DNA of 64,000 bases from Diadema antillarum. Taxonomy: Eukaryota. Shown here piece after piece: positions 1-13,400 of this stretch. Numbering within the stretch: the stretch's first letter is position 1; every line of letters starts with the position of its first letter. The notes beneath the pieces are model-generated. The model had not been told where the DNA came from, searched no databases, and saw nothing but the letters and a program-made list of their open reading frames with translations. The stretch covers positions 744,001 through 808,000 of the forward strand of contig NW_027271721.1 of NCBI RefSeq assembly GCF_040938485.1. Reading direction: 5' to 3'. A program made the translations under genes and the position numbers.

Positions 1-2785
1 TGTGTGTGAGTGTATAAAATGTGGACCAGCCTGCATTGTATGTATTGTTTGTAGACAAGCAACAATCACAACATCTAAACAAACTTTAGTGAAATGTCCA
101 ACTCCTGACAATACACCTCGTGTGGTACCTGTACTACAATACTGAAGGTGCATCTACAGATCTATGTACTTTTCCAAGAGAAGAGATTTACAAAACACAA
201 TATCTAGTCAATCTACTTTTTCTTTTTCTTTTTTGCGAATCGGGACTGGAAGATAATTTTGCAAGTGATTAAAATAGCCATCATAGAGTACAGCAATAAA
301 GGAAGAAATGTACAACTGTATACGTGCAGGCTGCATTAATGTCAGGATCAGAGTTAATATTTTCGTCTGCTGTTAAACTCACAAAAAGCATCTGACTTGC
401 AAAATCTACGAAAATAAAATGATGATCAGATGATCATAATAAAGCTTGGAAAAATTTTGGATGCAAACATGATAGGATCGCTGGTATAAAATGTGTAGCA
501 TGTGCAATACAACTTCTGCATTTCATCTTATTGAGCTATGAAATTTTGTGCCAATAAAAACTGAAGAAACTCAGCAGGCTGCCTAACCATACAGTATGTT
601 TGTACCATATTTTCTCATTTCTCAATGGGTTTGAGTTTGTTTCCCTAAGATGAATGCTGGTAAAAAGGTTTACATCATAGTGTGCACAACATGTATAAAA
701 TAATGTACAAATTGTACAGTAATTTCAGTGCCATAGGGAATTCTCTTTCCTGTCATTAGCTACTGGCCTGCATAATTTCATTACAAATGACATTGCCACT
801 AGATGGCTTGTAGGCCTATATATACACGTAAGTATACCTGTGTTACTTACAAAAAGCAATCTTGTAGGAAACTGTATATTGACAATATTACATTTTCACC
901 CTGCAAATAACCATCACTTGTGTCTGGCATTCGATTCTTAATGAAAAGCCCTTTGATACTGTATAAGCTGTTATTTTCCTGTACAGATATTTTCGCGAAT
1001 GAGGTTACAAACATTTTAGCAAGATGTTGCTTTCAACACCGAGGCTATTAAAAATGCACTATTTCTCTAGCGCATGACGACCAACATTCTCGTTCTTAAA
1101 TTTGTAACCGTGATTCGCAAAATGCACGAAAATTAAACCCTCGTGAATATAGGACCTGCTTTAAACAAAACACAGAAACTTGAACTATCACAGCACTGGT
1201 AACATGAAGAGCTAAGAGGATGATATGTAGGCCTAAGCTGTGGGATGGTCCCAGCTGTCTAATTTTATTGCTACTCCAGCAAATCTGTGTTAAAACTACA
1301 TTGATTTGTATCTACATGTACAAAGAAACAGCACCTAGATCAGTGGCTATTAAAATAAAATGTACATATACATACACTCCCAGTGTACATATGTACATGT
1401 ACCTGTACATGTGGTCTACTCGTACAACGTACAAGTGTGCCAGTACTCAGTCAAGTCAACATACTAGTAGTATAGTATTGAAGACTTTCTCATTCATGTT
1501 TTGTATGATAAAGGAAAAACCCCACTAAGTGTCAGCACATTCTCTGACTAATGCTTTACCATTTGTGCCATGTCATGATACTCAGCCTACACTGCACATG
1601 TAACATGGCCCTTTTAGGACAGGCTAGATTTTACTCCTACAGACGGTACATAGATTATCTACACATTAATACGTACATGTATGTACACTGCAGTCGTGAC
1701 TAGATATTGTGAAATAACCCACATGAGCACAGGTTTTGTAAAGCTACTGGGACTGCTATTTTCACCAGTGTCTGAACTGTGCATAGAAGTCTATACATTC
1801 CTCATAATCTTTTAAAATATAAATATACAATGCCGGTTAATCTCTTGGGGAAAGAAAAAAAAAAAACTGTGTGGGATGCTAAGTCTCTAAATCTGCCTGC
1901 CGCACACTCGTTTATGTCAGCAGCATAGTTGTTGCTGTGTCAAATATGGCCGACGCAAACCATCAGGTTGAGCAAGCATGAACCATTTTAGTACAGGTAT
2001 AGTGAATAAGAGTAGCATTTTATTGGTTATATATCATCTTACACTTCATGTCAATGTGCTGCACAAAATACTCCAAATCTAATAAAAACATAACTAGATA
2101 ACAAAATCTTTATTCCACTTCATGTTATTAGGGAGAATAAATATCTAAAATGATAAATTGCACACGAGCTTAATTCCCTCTGAAAGGCTGATCTGACATG
2201 ACACCCCTGCAGATTCAAAATGGTTTCAACCGATAAACAAAATCCAAGAAAAACCAGGAAGCCGTAATCAGCTCCGTTTTGAAAAGACATTATGCATTTG
2301 TCGATTGGATTGCAAATAACAAGCATTTTACAGTGACTTAAGCTTAACCCAAGTACACAACATGATCCTTAGACTTGAGAGTACATAATGTACGCATATC
2401 TCCAATTTTCACAGCCCAGAGAGCAGAATACAACACTCGAAAATCGCGCACCTACTGATCTGTGCTGTCCTGCGTACAATCAATTCTCATTCACCCATTG
2501 TGAAAATGTGCATACGTTGTGCGTCTTTTGCGTCCATCTACTACACGCCGTATGAGATTTGGGGCACAGCAAACATCCGAGAGAAAAGCATTTCGAGTGA
2601 AAGCGATTTGGAATATATTCACTACATTACACTTCAAAACCGTAAGATACTTACCTATTAGATACATACATATTAGACATTCACTTAGTAGAAAATGAGT
2701 GCAAAATAGCTTGCGAAGAACAACGTAGGACGATTTACTTTACTTACTTTGGAAAGAACGGCACGCATTTTCGAGACGGGCTTAC

Positions 2786-3410
2786 CTGTACAATCCGGTC
2801 GAATACCACCCTCCTGATCATCAAAACATTGACTTTCTGGCGATATTTTACCACCTATGTGAAGTGACAAAACTACCTCTCGAAGGCTGATGTTTACAAA
2901 ATTGGATTGCGGAATGGAATTTACCACAGCTACAGCAAACTTTCTAGCAAACATAAAAATATGAAGGAAAACAAGAACTGGTTGATCACTCGACCAGCTG
3001 GTCGTGTACGGTGGAACCTCGCAAGCAGTGGGGTTTACTACGCGAAACTCCGGTGACGAGATCCAACCATCTACGCTCACAATACCAGCCGATAATATTC
3101 ACAGGCAATCCTGAACAAAATATTCCCAAGAATACACTTCATAGAACAGTAAATTTCCACACTTGAACAAAACTGAAAAAATGAATCATTACCGATGAAA
3201 TTTATCCGATGTTAAAGATTCCGTAAGATATTAGCACGAAGCTGACAAGGCCTTCTTCACTCCCGTATTTAGCTGCATACCTAATTTGCATATATAAATG
3301 AAGAGATGACCCCAAACGTCATTTCAATGTACGTCAAACAACCAATGGCAGTCAAGTATTTAGGCAGACGAAATGCGCGCCCTACGCCCCCTTTCCTTAA
3401 CTAACCAATC
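2786..3410 (-). promoter_or_regulatory. Candidate promoter and first (probably non-coding) exon of a gene running leftwards out of the window
   Basis: Octamer ATTTGCAT 3284-3291 abuts TATATAAA 3291-3298, with ACGTCA at 3316 and 3331 and CCAAT at 3342 and 3405. The region is CpG-enriched and has a minus-strand CAG|GTAAG donor at 2785. Orientation is ambiguous. Confidence 0.35.
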
Positions 3411-3819
3411 AAATGTAACATTTTCAAGACAGCAATCCATGTTCAAAGCACACGGCGCGATACCGTAGCAGTAATGCTACAAATGACACAGACCACGATG
3501 ACAAGTATTCGAAGATTCTAATCAGATCTTTGAGCAAAACTATGAACCGCCAATCATGCATGATTTCTATCATATTCATCGAGACCTGATAATAGTTTGC
3601 CACTAGGACAACTACATGTATGTGAAACCATACATACATAATAATACTTGGAGGCTGGTCAAAAAGATTGTGGTTTGCCTACATCGTAAGATCAATACAA
3701 AAAAGTACACGACTGAAAAGCCAATCCAACTACATGTAACATAAAGAGAGAGAGAGAGAGAGAGAGGAATATAATTAATATATCAGTATGTCAATGCACA
3801 AGTAGATCTTAGAGGCTGC

Positions 3820-3821
<2 letters not shown>

Positions 3822-3860
<39 letters not shown>
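3822..3860 (+). repeat. (TG)n microsatellite
   Basis: Uninterrupted TG run. Confidence 0.95.
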
Positions 3861-3862
<2 letters not shown>

Positions 3863-4311
3863 CTCAAAAGATTTGATTATGGTAAATATATATTTGCTTT
3901 TGTTATATTGGTATATTCACCATATTTTGTATGAATATTTCATGAAGTGGGACTTGCAAGATATATATCTAATATATATATCAGATTATATACCTAATTT
4001 CATTGACCCACTTTAACAGAATGAGCAAGATGTATCATCACTTTCAAAAGAAAAAAATACAGTGACTTCCAACAAGTACTAATGCACAGAACCTTTTGTG
4101 CTGCTGGGGAGCCTACAATTATTTGTAGGTTGTTCATTTTCGTGAATGATAGCTGGCTTGTAAAATCACGAAAAGAACGCATTGCCTCTGTCTGTATGAC
4201 AGCATGTGCGCTTACTGCTTCGTGAGTTATCCATTGAAAAAATATATATCCATCATTCCCTGGAAAGTAGTATGCTACACTATACAATAGATCATATATT
4301 ATTTTGATATT

Positions 4312-4497
4312 CAGTCAACCTTGCTTTAAGAAGTCAACCTCGCATAAGTCAAAATAATCACCTATTGAAAACTCGAAGGTCTTTTCGAGTTCTCTTCTCT
4401 TATATTCCATTGATTTTAATCCCTCATAAGTCGAATTTTCTATAAGTTGAGGCTATTCCTTCAGTCCAAATAGACTCGACCTATGCAAGGTTGACTG
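4312..4497. mobile_element. Small Tc1/mariner-like MITE (186 bp)
   Basis: Perfect 13-bp TIR CAGTCAACCTTGC / GCAAGGTTGACTG with TA on the right flank. Confidence 0.65.
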
Positions 4498-7400
4498 TAT
4501 TCTATCTAGATAAAAATCATGGAGAAATGCTTTTGTTGATAACTGGTACCATGGATGGATCATTCATAAATATTCATAGACACATGTATACTGATATTAT
4601 TGAGAGCTATAATTTTTCTGATGGTTTCAACATAACAAAACAATTAAAGCATATACACAGGCAAGATCATGGTGTTCACATAGCTTTTAATGAAAGCACT
4701 TGAAGTTATCACATGGATGACAACGTGCACAGAATATGGAAATACTTACATTTCACAATACATCGTAATTCATACAAATGTGAGAAAATAGCTTTGCAAT
4801 ATTGTAAGAATCTTACAAAGAAATATTCCATAGTACATAATAATTTGCAATAAGTACTTTCCATGGAAATAACAATGGGTACAGAATTACATCTCACATG
4901 TCTTACAAAGAAACAGTCATAGGATATTCAATAATCCTACAACAAATATTTGCATATACAATGTAACACGCTTTATCCAAAGTGCTATGGAAATCATAAA
5001 GCAGTTTCAGTTTAAACCCTGGGTAAATTGTGGAAAGAACTGATGAAAAGAAACCAAAACAAAACAAGATATTCATGATGATATAGGAGGCAGAAAATCA
5101 CATATAACATACTGTGTGCACAATGTCCATACACAAATAACGAGTAAACATTTGCTCTTAATCAAACCATGACATGACACAACATATGAATTGAAAATAA
5201 AAAGATACCTTATAACCCCTCAAAAAATCCTACTTGTAATACTGGTACCCAGCACTACCCATTATTTATCATATAGGTAGAGTTAATTACATTTCAGGCC
5301 ACTACAAACCTTCTTCACACCTGCCAGGTGCATATAGATTTGCTGTTGGGTAACACAAATACGCATTTGGCCAATGAGGAAAGCATTATCACTCAAAGCA
5401 AGGTAATACCTTAAAAAGTCTTTTCCAAAATGTGACAAACAATGACTACATTTTCATCTTTATTTTTATTTCTGCTTGAATTTGTATCTAGGCTTCACTC
5501 TTGTGCCAAGTTCCTCAATAAAATGTTTCAAATAAAAGCAAAAAAAATCTCTTTAGAAAAACTTTCTACAAATTTTCAAGCTGTTCATCTTCTTCAAACT
5601 AATGTGCATCAAGTTTAAATTGACTGATTTTGATTTATTCATCTGAAAGAGTGAAAATCACAGCAATGTATTAGATATACCATACTTCTCTTAAGTTAGT
5701 AGACCACACCTGAAAATAACATGGAGTTCTCATATAAAATTAATTCACAGCAGGCTAAAATTGCAGATTTTGAAGTAGGATATCTTAAAGCAAACATTAA
5801 ATTCACAGTGCTAAACACCATTTACCTGGTAAAGAAATTAAAGACTTTAATCAATTAAGCAATGAAATGACAGCATGAATGCTACTAAACTCCAATCATG
5901 TTTTGTTTGTTTGTTTGTTTGTTTGTTTGTTTGTTTTTTTTTCCGGGGGGGGGGGGGGGGGGGATGGAGATTACACTACAGTGACCTTCCAATCACTCCA
6001 GCAGAAAGACGGCTCAAGAGTCATTGATGGGAACTTGTAAGAAGCCAAACCTCCCCTCCTCACTCTGAAATTCAAAACTGCAGAATCCGTGAAGCCTTCC
6101 TCAATCGTGTAAATGAACAATGATTCGAATCTTAATTGAAATCATTCATCGTTCAAATTAAGCACTCTTGGTACGTGTAAAAGCACGGTAAGTTTCCAAA
6201 GAGCCTCCAGCAGAACCAGGGAGGCTTGGCAGCTCTGCTGGACATGCATTCTGATTATTCTGTTACAGCACCATGGCTACGTGTAGATGCCAAAGAAGTG
6301 GGTCAAACATTTTGTGAACAAGACTTCTTCAATACAATATTCTCTTGGTGAAAAAACTGCAAAAAACAGATCTCTTTAAAAAAAATGAAATCAAATGCAT
6401 ATATAATTAAATCCTCAGGCCTAGCCTGCTTTAGATAACAACATAAAAAAAATAGTGTTTGCAAGGAAAGGTTGTGGTTTACATGTACAACATATGGGTG
6501 AATACAACTGATAATCATTGCAACTCTTTCATACAATAAATATCATTACATCATATCTAGTGGGACAGACCTATGTAAAATACACATAGCAGTCTCTACT
6601 AAAGAGTAAAATTCTGTCCTTACTGATATTCTACAGTATCACAAGGGCTGCTCATAACAATAATAATTATGATGTGCATTCATTCATTCATTAAACATGG
6701 GTTAGTTATTTTCAAAGACTGAATATCCATGAAAACTTATTACAAAACATATACCCCAACTTGTTAGAGCATGTCTTTTCAGTTGTTTCAGGACATATGA
6801 AACTGAACATTTGTGTTGAGACCAGTAAAAGCAGAATTACAAACAACAACATCCACAATTTCAAACAACACACACAATTTGCAAAGGAAAAAGGCTGTGG
6901 TGGATCATATGCAATGAAACTTGGTGTATTAAAACAACTGTATTTGATTTCTTCCTTTCACATATATTCCTGCCAAATGTATCTAGTAAAGCAGTTCAAT
7001 ACAATAATAATAATAATAACAATAACAATAACAACAACAATAAGAAGAAGAAGAAGAAGAAAAGAAGTAAATAGATAAGGAAAGGTTACAACAGTAACTA
7101 GCATAGCATGACATTTATGATATCAAACCACAACCACAAATGTCAAGACACAATAAAACATCTACAGAATAATCCTAGAAACTATGAGCTGAAACATTTT
7201 TGAAGCTTCATAAGCTAACAATGACAATGGAAGAATAGTGTTAAGACTATGTCTACATCTTTATTCCTGATACACATACAATGAGAAAACAAGGCACTAT
7301 TGTAAATCATTCTTCATCCTCCACATACATAAATATTGCATTCTAACCCATAGCATCCAAAGGCATATATTGTATACAGCTACAAGTGTATATGAAATAT

Positions 7401-8973
7401 TTTGCCAAGCAAATATACAAAACAATCGCGATTCATTTTTGTATAAAAATGGAGGAAGAGAAAAAAGCCTCTCTGCTGGTGATCATGTGATAGAAAAGAA
7501 TAATCTACTGTCCTAAATTGGCTGTTAGCCAAACATCAGAACAATCCGTGGCTAAATCAAAAGAAAATCAGTTGAGTGTGATTCAATGAGTGACAGGTCA
7601 AGAAAGCATAATATATAATGCCTAAAAACATAGCGGCAAGAAAATACTTCATTGAAAAACATATGAGTTGCACTAACATATATACTCAAACAAGCACATT
7701 TCTTCTTTTTTAGTTTTTAGTTTTTACATTCATAATGGACTATGACTCAATGCAAATTAATGCATTACAATCAGAACAACTAAGAGGTCATTTCAAAAAG
7801 GCGATTGGCAGAAAAGTCCTAACTTGTCAACTAAAAACTTTTAATATTGTACTGCAGTTATGTAAAATGCTGAAGACCAAAAGAAGCAAGATAATGACTA
7901 AAGCAGGCACACTTTGCACTGACTACCCTACCCTATCCAAGAGCTAGAAATGCATCGTTTAAATATTTGCAAGGAATTGTAACTGATGATCAAAGCATCA
8001 GCCAATCAAAATTGTCAGCAATTGCTATCTGCATGCACTTCCAACTAGTATACAAGTGGAAATTTTCACAAAATTTGTGTGACATAAAATTAGTGCAAAA
8101 AAATGAACATTTTTTTTCTTATTATAAGTATATTGTAATAATATTTCACATCATTTATTTCAAGGAAGGCGTGTTGTAGGGATATCACCATTATGTCATG
8201 TCTGAAATGTTCACTCATTAATTTGCCATGACCGTAACAGCGTTCATGAAATGAAAATCATGCAAGATTTATCTTAAACAGAAAATGACTTGTGCAACAA
8301 TTTGAATGCTTTTACACTAAACAGCCATTACTACAATTATTTCCAAATGGCTTATGCTGAGACTGAGACTATCATTTCAAAGGATCTTTTTTTTTTAAAC
8401 ATTTTTGTCAACATTTCACTTCTTGTATGCATTTTGCTGCAAATTCCCAATATCTACCTTCTATCCAGTTGTACACACACACAATTTACAAAAAGACATT
8501 CTCCTACCCGCTTAAAAACAAAAATAGGTTGACATACACCTCTTTCTTTTCTTTTAACCCATTTAACATTTAAGACAGTTCTTCCTTTCAGATTTAATGC
8601 ATCCATCTTCAAACATATATACTTCTGCACAAATCTAAATTTAGCAGTTGCAATGTTTCATGAAGCACATTTTCTTAAACTTAATCCAGAAGTACAAGAT
8701 GAAAAGTATGCATTAATGACAGTAATGATACCATCATCTCTCTACCCTCATTCTGAAATTTCACAATTTTCAATTGCTTGTGACTCACAAAAAACAACTT
8801 GGAATTCCCAAATAGTGCAGCAAGTGGTCAAAATACACATCAATAATCGAAATCACAACATCTCAAAAATTCATGTAAAAATGGTGATTTCACTCTAGAT
8901 ACACTATTTATACTTGTCAGTCAATTCTGTCAAGAGTAAACATCCGATTTGGACAGATTTTTACCTAGCATTA

Positions 8974-9674
8974 GGCCAAAAAAAAAAAATTGTTGCATTG
9001 GCGTAACCCGCCCGACCCTAAAAATTCCGCCGACCCCATGTTTTTTTATTATTTTTTTTGCTATCGATATCAAATATCTTGTTGACTGCGATCGCGATCG
9101 CACAAACCCGGAAGTGGAAACGGCTCTGGGGATATCGGATGTACGAGGGAGAGATCTAGCGCCTCGCATAAGCCTTCCTTGATCAGTACGTCATCTGTTT
9201 CCAACACGGACACGTACTCTAACAAGATTTATTCAGTGTATACGTAGCATTCAGACTGCGATGTATTGTGCACAGTTTTGCCATAGGTTTCTTGTGTGGA
9301 GAACTTACACGAATCTGTATATGTGGGACTGTAATAGAGATCGCCGTGTGCGATGAAAAGATCGTACATATGGGTCAATTTGCATCTATCTTATCTAAGT
9401 CAAAATAGTAAAATATGAAGTGAAAACATTCAGGATAGGGATTTCAACATCTTTAAATTCTGTGAAGGGGTATAATTCCAGTAATATCGGCCTCATAAAT
9501 GATTTGTAGAATAGATGAACACAGCACATTCGGTGCAGCAGTTGTAACTGTTTACTGAGCTGAGCACGAGTTTTACACGTAAAATGCAGGTAGCAAAAAA
9601 AAAAAAAATCCGCCCGACCGACCCTATTTGAAAATCTCATGTTACGCCAATGCAACAATTTTTTTTTTTTGGCC
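8974..9674. mobile_element. PIF/Harbinger-like MITE (701 bp) downstream of the MESD stop
   Basis: About 35-bp TIRs GGCC(A)nTTGTTGCATTGGCGTAAC and a 3-bp TTA target duplication (8971-8973 and 9675-9677). Confidence 0.8.
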
Positions 9675-10401
9675 TTACCACAAACACCAGTGCAAGGACA
9701 TGAGAAATGCATGCCAATGACCAACACTGCATCAATCTAAAATATAGATTCATCTGACAGGAGATCACATCCACCAGTGCAGCACAGTACCATGGCAGTG
9801 AGATTAACGGTCTACATAATTTGCAAAAGTCCTTTGAAAACCACTTATAACACTGACCTGAGATAAATGTCTGAGCATTGTCATGTAAGCTCTATGATTT
9901 CCTTCAGTGGCACTTATTGCTATACCAATTTATGCATGTGGGCAAACAATATCTAGTGCAAAATACATTGGCAGCTCTCACATATATTGTAATAAAAGTA
10001 TACTTGTAAAATTTCAAGATGTCATTTTTGTACTTAACGTTGCAAAACAATCTCTTCATGCTGGCTGCTTCATACATATTTCAGAATATGAAAAATCTAT
10101 CAAACTAACAACAGACACAAGCTGCTGCAAATCCTAGTGTTTGATTTGCTGTGAAAACTTCTGTAGTGAGTTGTGTTACTGCCAGTGACAAATTCTGCAA
10201 AAATGGCCACCTTAACAAGTAATAATAATAATAATAATAATAAAAAACAAAAAATCCATGAATAAACCCTAGCACACAACGGCACTGTCTTACTAAGTTA
10301 AGCAAGACATAGGGTGGGTAAAGCATTATACCACTATATGATCCAATCAAGGAAATTGTAAAAGTCAATCTAACTGATGTCAGATTAATGCCTAGATGTT
10401 C

Positions 10402-13400
10402 TCACAATTCTGTCTTGTTTTCTTCAACTCTCTTTTCCTTCTTTGGTTCGGCAGCCTTGGCATCATTCTTCACCTTATTGTCATCTTTGGATGGTTTCAC
10501 GTTTTTCTTTGATTTCTTCGTCGTCGTCTTCTTCCCGTCTTTCTTCTGCGCCTTGTCGTCCACCTCTCCTTCCAACAGGTTTCCCGCACTGTCCGTCTTC
10601 TTTCCAGATCCTCGGCCATAGTAGCTCTTGTTGTCAATAGTCACTTCTTGGCACCTGTCCTGCTGGATGAGGAAACCTTTCATTTCCCAGGCAAGGGAGC
10701 CGTCATTCAGTAGGAAAATGGCACGGTTGCTATCTACCATGTACCTGTGATCAACAACAGCAAGGCAAACAGCATGTTAAATGGTTTTCACTGAGGCCAA
10801 TGTGAGTTCAGAAGTGATCAACTTGAGCTCGACAATCCTTACCTTATACTTTCTTTTCTTTCACAATTACAGCTAAATAGATTAAATATTCATTTAGTGT
10901 TCTGGTCATCAGAACTTTAGCAGGCTTATTATCAGTACTGGTAGTTTTCGGTTGACTTTCCATAGTTTGCTTTAAATACGTATGTATCTTAAAAATGATG
11001 TAAGATACAAGAAATGATGACACCGTAAATTACAACCAGTATTTGTTGCTGTGTCTGCATTTGAACAAGGGGAAAAGGTTAGGTATAAAGTAGATAAACA
11101 GCAAGAGTAGAAAAACAAAATATAAAAAGAAAAGAGAGAGAGAGAGAGAGAGAAAAGTAGCAAGATCAACACAAAAGTGAAATGGGAGTTCAACATCTTT
11201 CTTTCTCACAATCATTTGAATGTACAGTGCACTCCCGTTACAACGAACACGGTTATAACGAAATTTCGTTATAACGAAGTAAATCTTCTGGTCCCAAAAT
11301 TATCATCATTAAAGTCTATGGTATAAAATTCGCTTATAACGAACACGGTTATAGCGAAATTTCCGTTATAACGAAGTCTTCTCCGAGCGCTACAGACAAA
11401 GAAAAACAAAAGAAATGTGTTCCGTTATAACGAAATGCGAATTGCTTTCGAAAATACGTAGCGGAACAATAGCGTCTCTGCATGGGTGGACGCTTCACAC
11501 CACTGTGTGTTCGCTCCTTGTGTCACGCACAGTTTCTTAGGGGAACTTGCGTTTATTATTGTAATACAGTTATCCCATCACATTTCACCTAGCTTTGCAG
11601 TGTATGATGAGTATTCAGCAAACAGAATATGATATATATACGTGGTTTCCTTGTTTTCGTTATATATCGTATTTGTTCGGTTATAACGAAATTTCGTTAT
11701 AACGAAAGAAAACTGCCGGTCCCGAGCATTTCGTTATAACGGGAGTGCACTGTACTTAATTATCCACTCCTGAAGACTCAAATTTCATTTGTTTAAATGA
11801 AAATCAGAGCCCAAGTGACTCGAGATTCCATTAGACAGCAAAATATTCCAGAGGCTACATCTTACTTCCCCTAGAGGTTATTCCACAAACAGCAGGTTAC
11901 TGAGTAGAAAATATGGTTTCATGACGTTTGTTCCTGCAACAATTGCTTCCATGAAATATCTGCATGCTAAGCCAATCATAAATTCTACCCACAAGCATAA
12001 CCCTAACCTTAATCTTAATCTTTTCATCAAACTAAACCTAAAACCCTATTACAACCCTAACCCTATGTCCCTGGATAAAAACTGAGACCGAGGCAATTGT
12101 CACAGGAGCATACATGTATGTTGTGTCACTGGAAAGTATACCTTTGCAGTTGATAATTGGCCTGGAACAGCTCGTCTTGCCATCTCTGAGTGATGGTCTC
12201 ACTCTCCTCTTGAGGGGGATTCCCAGAGACTGTGACAAACATCATGACCGTTTTGCCCTTTTTGCTCAGCTTCAGGACGGATTCCGGATTCTGTGGGTTG
12301 ATCTTGGAGAAGTCAATCTTGGGGGCGGGGCGTTCATGCTCCATGAGATCATCAGGGTCCTTTTCTTCATCCTCCTGTTAAGACAAGCATCAAAGTACAC
12401 AATACTCGGATGAATTGAGAAATAAGATGTCCAGATTTATTTGAGCATCAGGCATCGATACAGATGAAATAAAGAATTCACTTCCCAAGTAAAATCAATA
12501 TAAAATTTCTTAAACGATGATCTCCAACAACCATGCTACACATGTTGTATATGTTGTCGCAATTCTTTCAGCAAATTGGAAAGTAGGATTGACTATAACC
12601 AATATTCATGATTGTTAACAGACTTGAGAAAACACGGCTATCTTATTTTTTTTTCCAGCACATGTAAAATGGAAACAAAGTAATCTGTAAGTACAATCAG
12701 TTTTGTCAATAAACCATTTTAATTTTTTTTTTTTGCTTTTGTTTTTCTGGTTGTTTGTTTTTGTTTTTGTTTTTTTGCTTTTAGGATGAAATCTGTCCTA
12801 CAAATGAAAGGGTGTCTATGCGGGAAAGCTGTTAATGTGAAAAACAAAAACAAAACAATAAAAAACTCTTCCAAATAGACATATCTTTCAGTCTACAGGT
12901 GGCTCAGCTAATATTGTAATAAAACTCTTGATTGGTCTGTCCAGCCCCAAGTGAGAGCAATTGAGCCCATGACTATGCCATGCATGCCATCCAAATTCTG
13001 GCTCATATCATTCCTCCTTTTGCCGATTCTACAGAATAATAATAATAATAAGTACAGCATTTGTAATGCGCCATCGATCTAGTAGCCTATTCTGAGGCGC
13101 AGAGGGACATAATTATAAAGAGAATAACATACATTACAATCATAGTTGTACATAAGAAGGTTGGAGAAGAACAACAGACAGAAATATATACCCGATGAGC
13201 AATTCAATGAATATTCAACCAAAACAAGATGCGAACATATACGACTTCAGAAGCTTTTTAAATGTTTCAATGGTTTCTGCTGATCGGATCCTCAGTGGAA
13301 GAGCGTTCCAGAGAGATGGGACTGCAGAAACAAAGGCTTTTTCTCAGAGTCGAGATTGTTCTTTTAATTGTTAATCGTTTACTATTACATGAACGGAGAT

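Noticed and set aside
1895-1918. Minus-strand DINECAAG resembling a calcium-binding EGF start
   Set aside because: The following cysteines are absent and there is no exon context; treated as chance.
2685-3080. 131-aa minus-strand ORF as a protein-coding gene
   Set aside because: It starts at a non-ATG codon, shows no recognisable domain and runs through a strong donor; it is more likely a 5' UTR exon plus intron.
6114-6155. Small hairpin TGAAC-AATGATT...AATCATT-GTTCA as a pre-miRNA or snoRNA
   Set aside because: The stem is too short and AT-rich, with no box motifs or other support.
12131-12141. MESD intron 2 donor GTATACTTT as a U12 site
   Set aside because: It mismatches at the key +5 C, and there is no TCCTTRAC branch near the acceptor at 10745.
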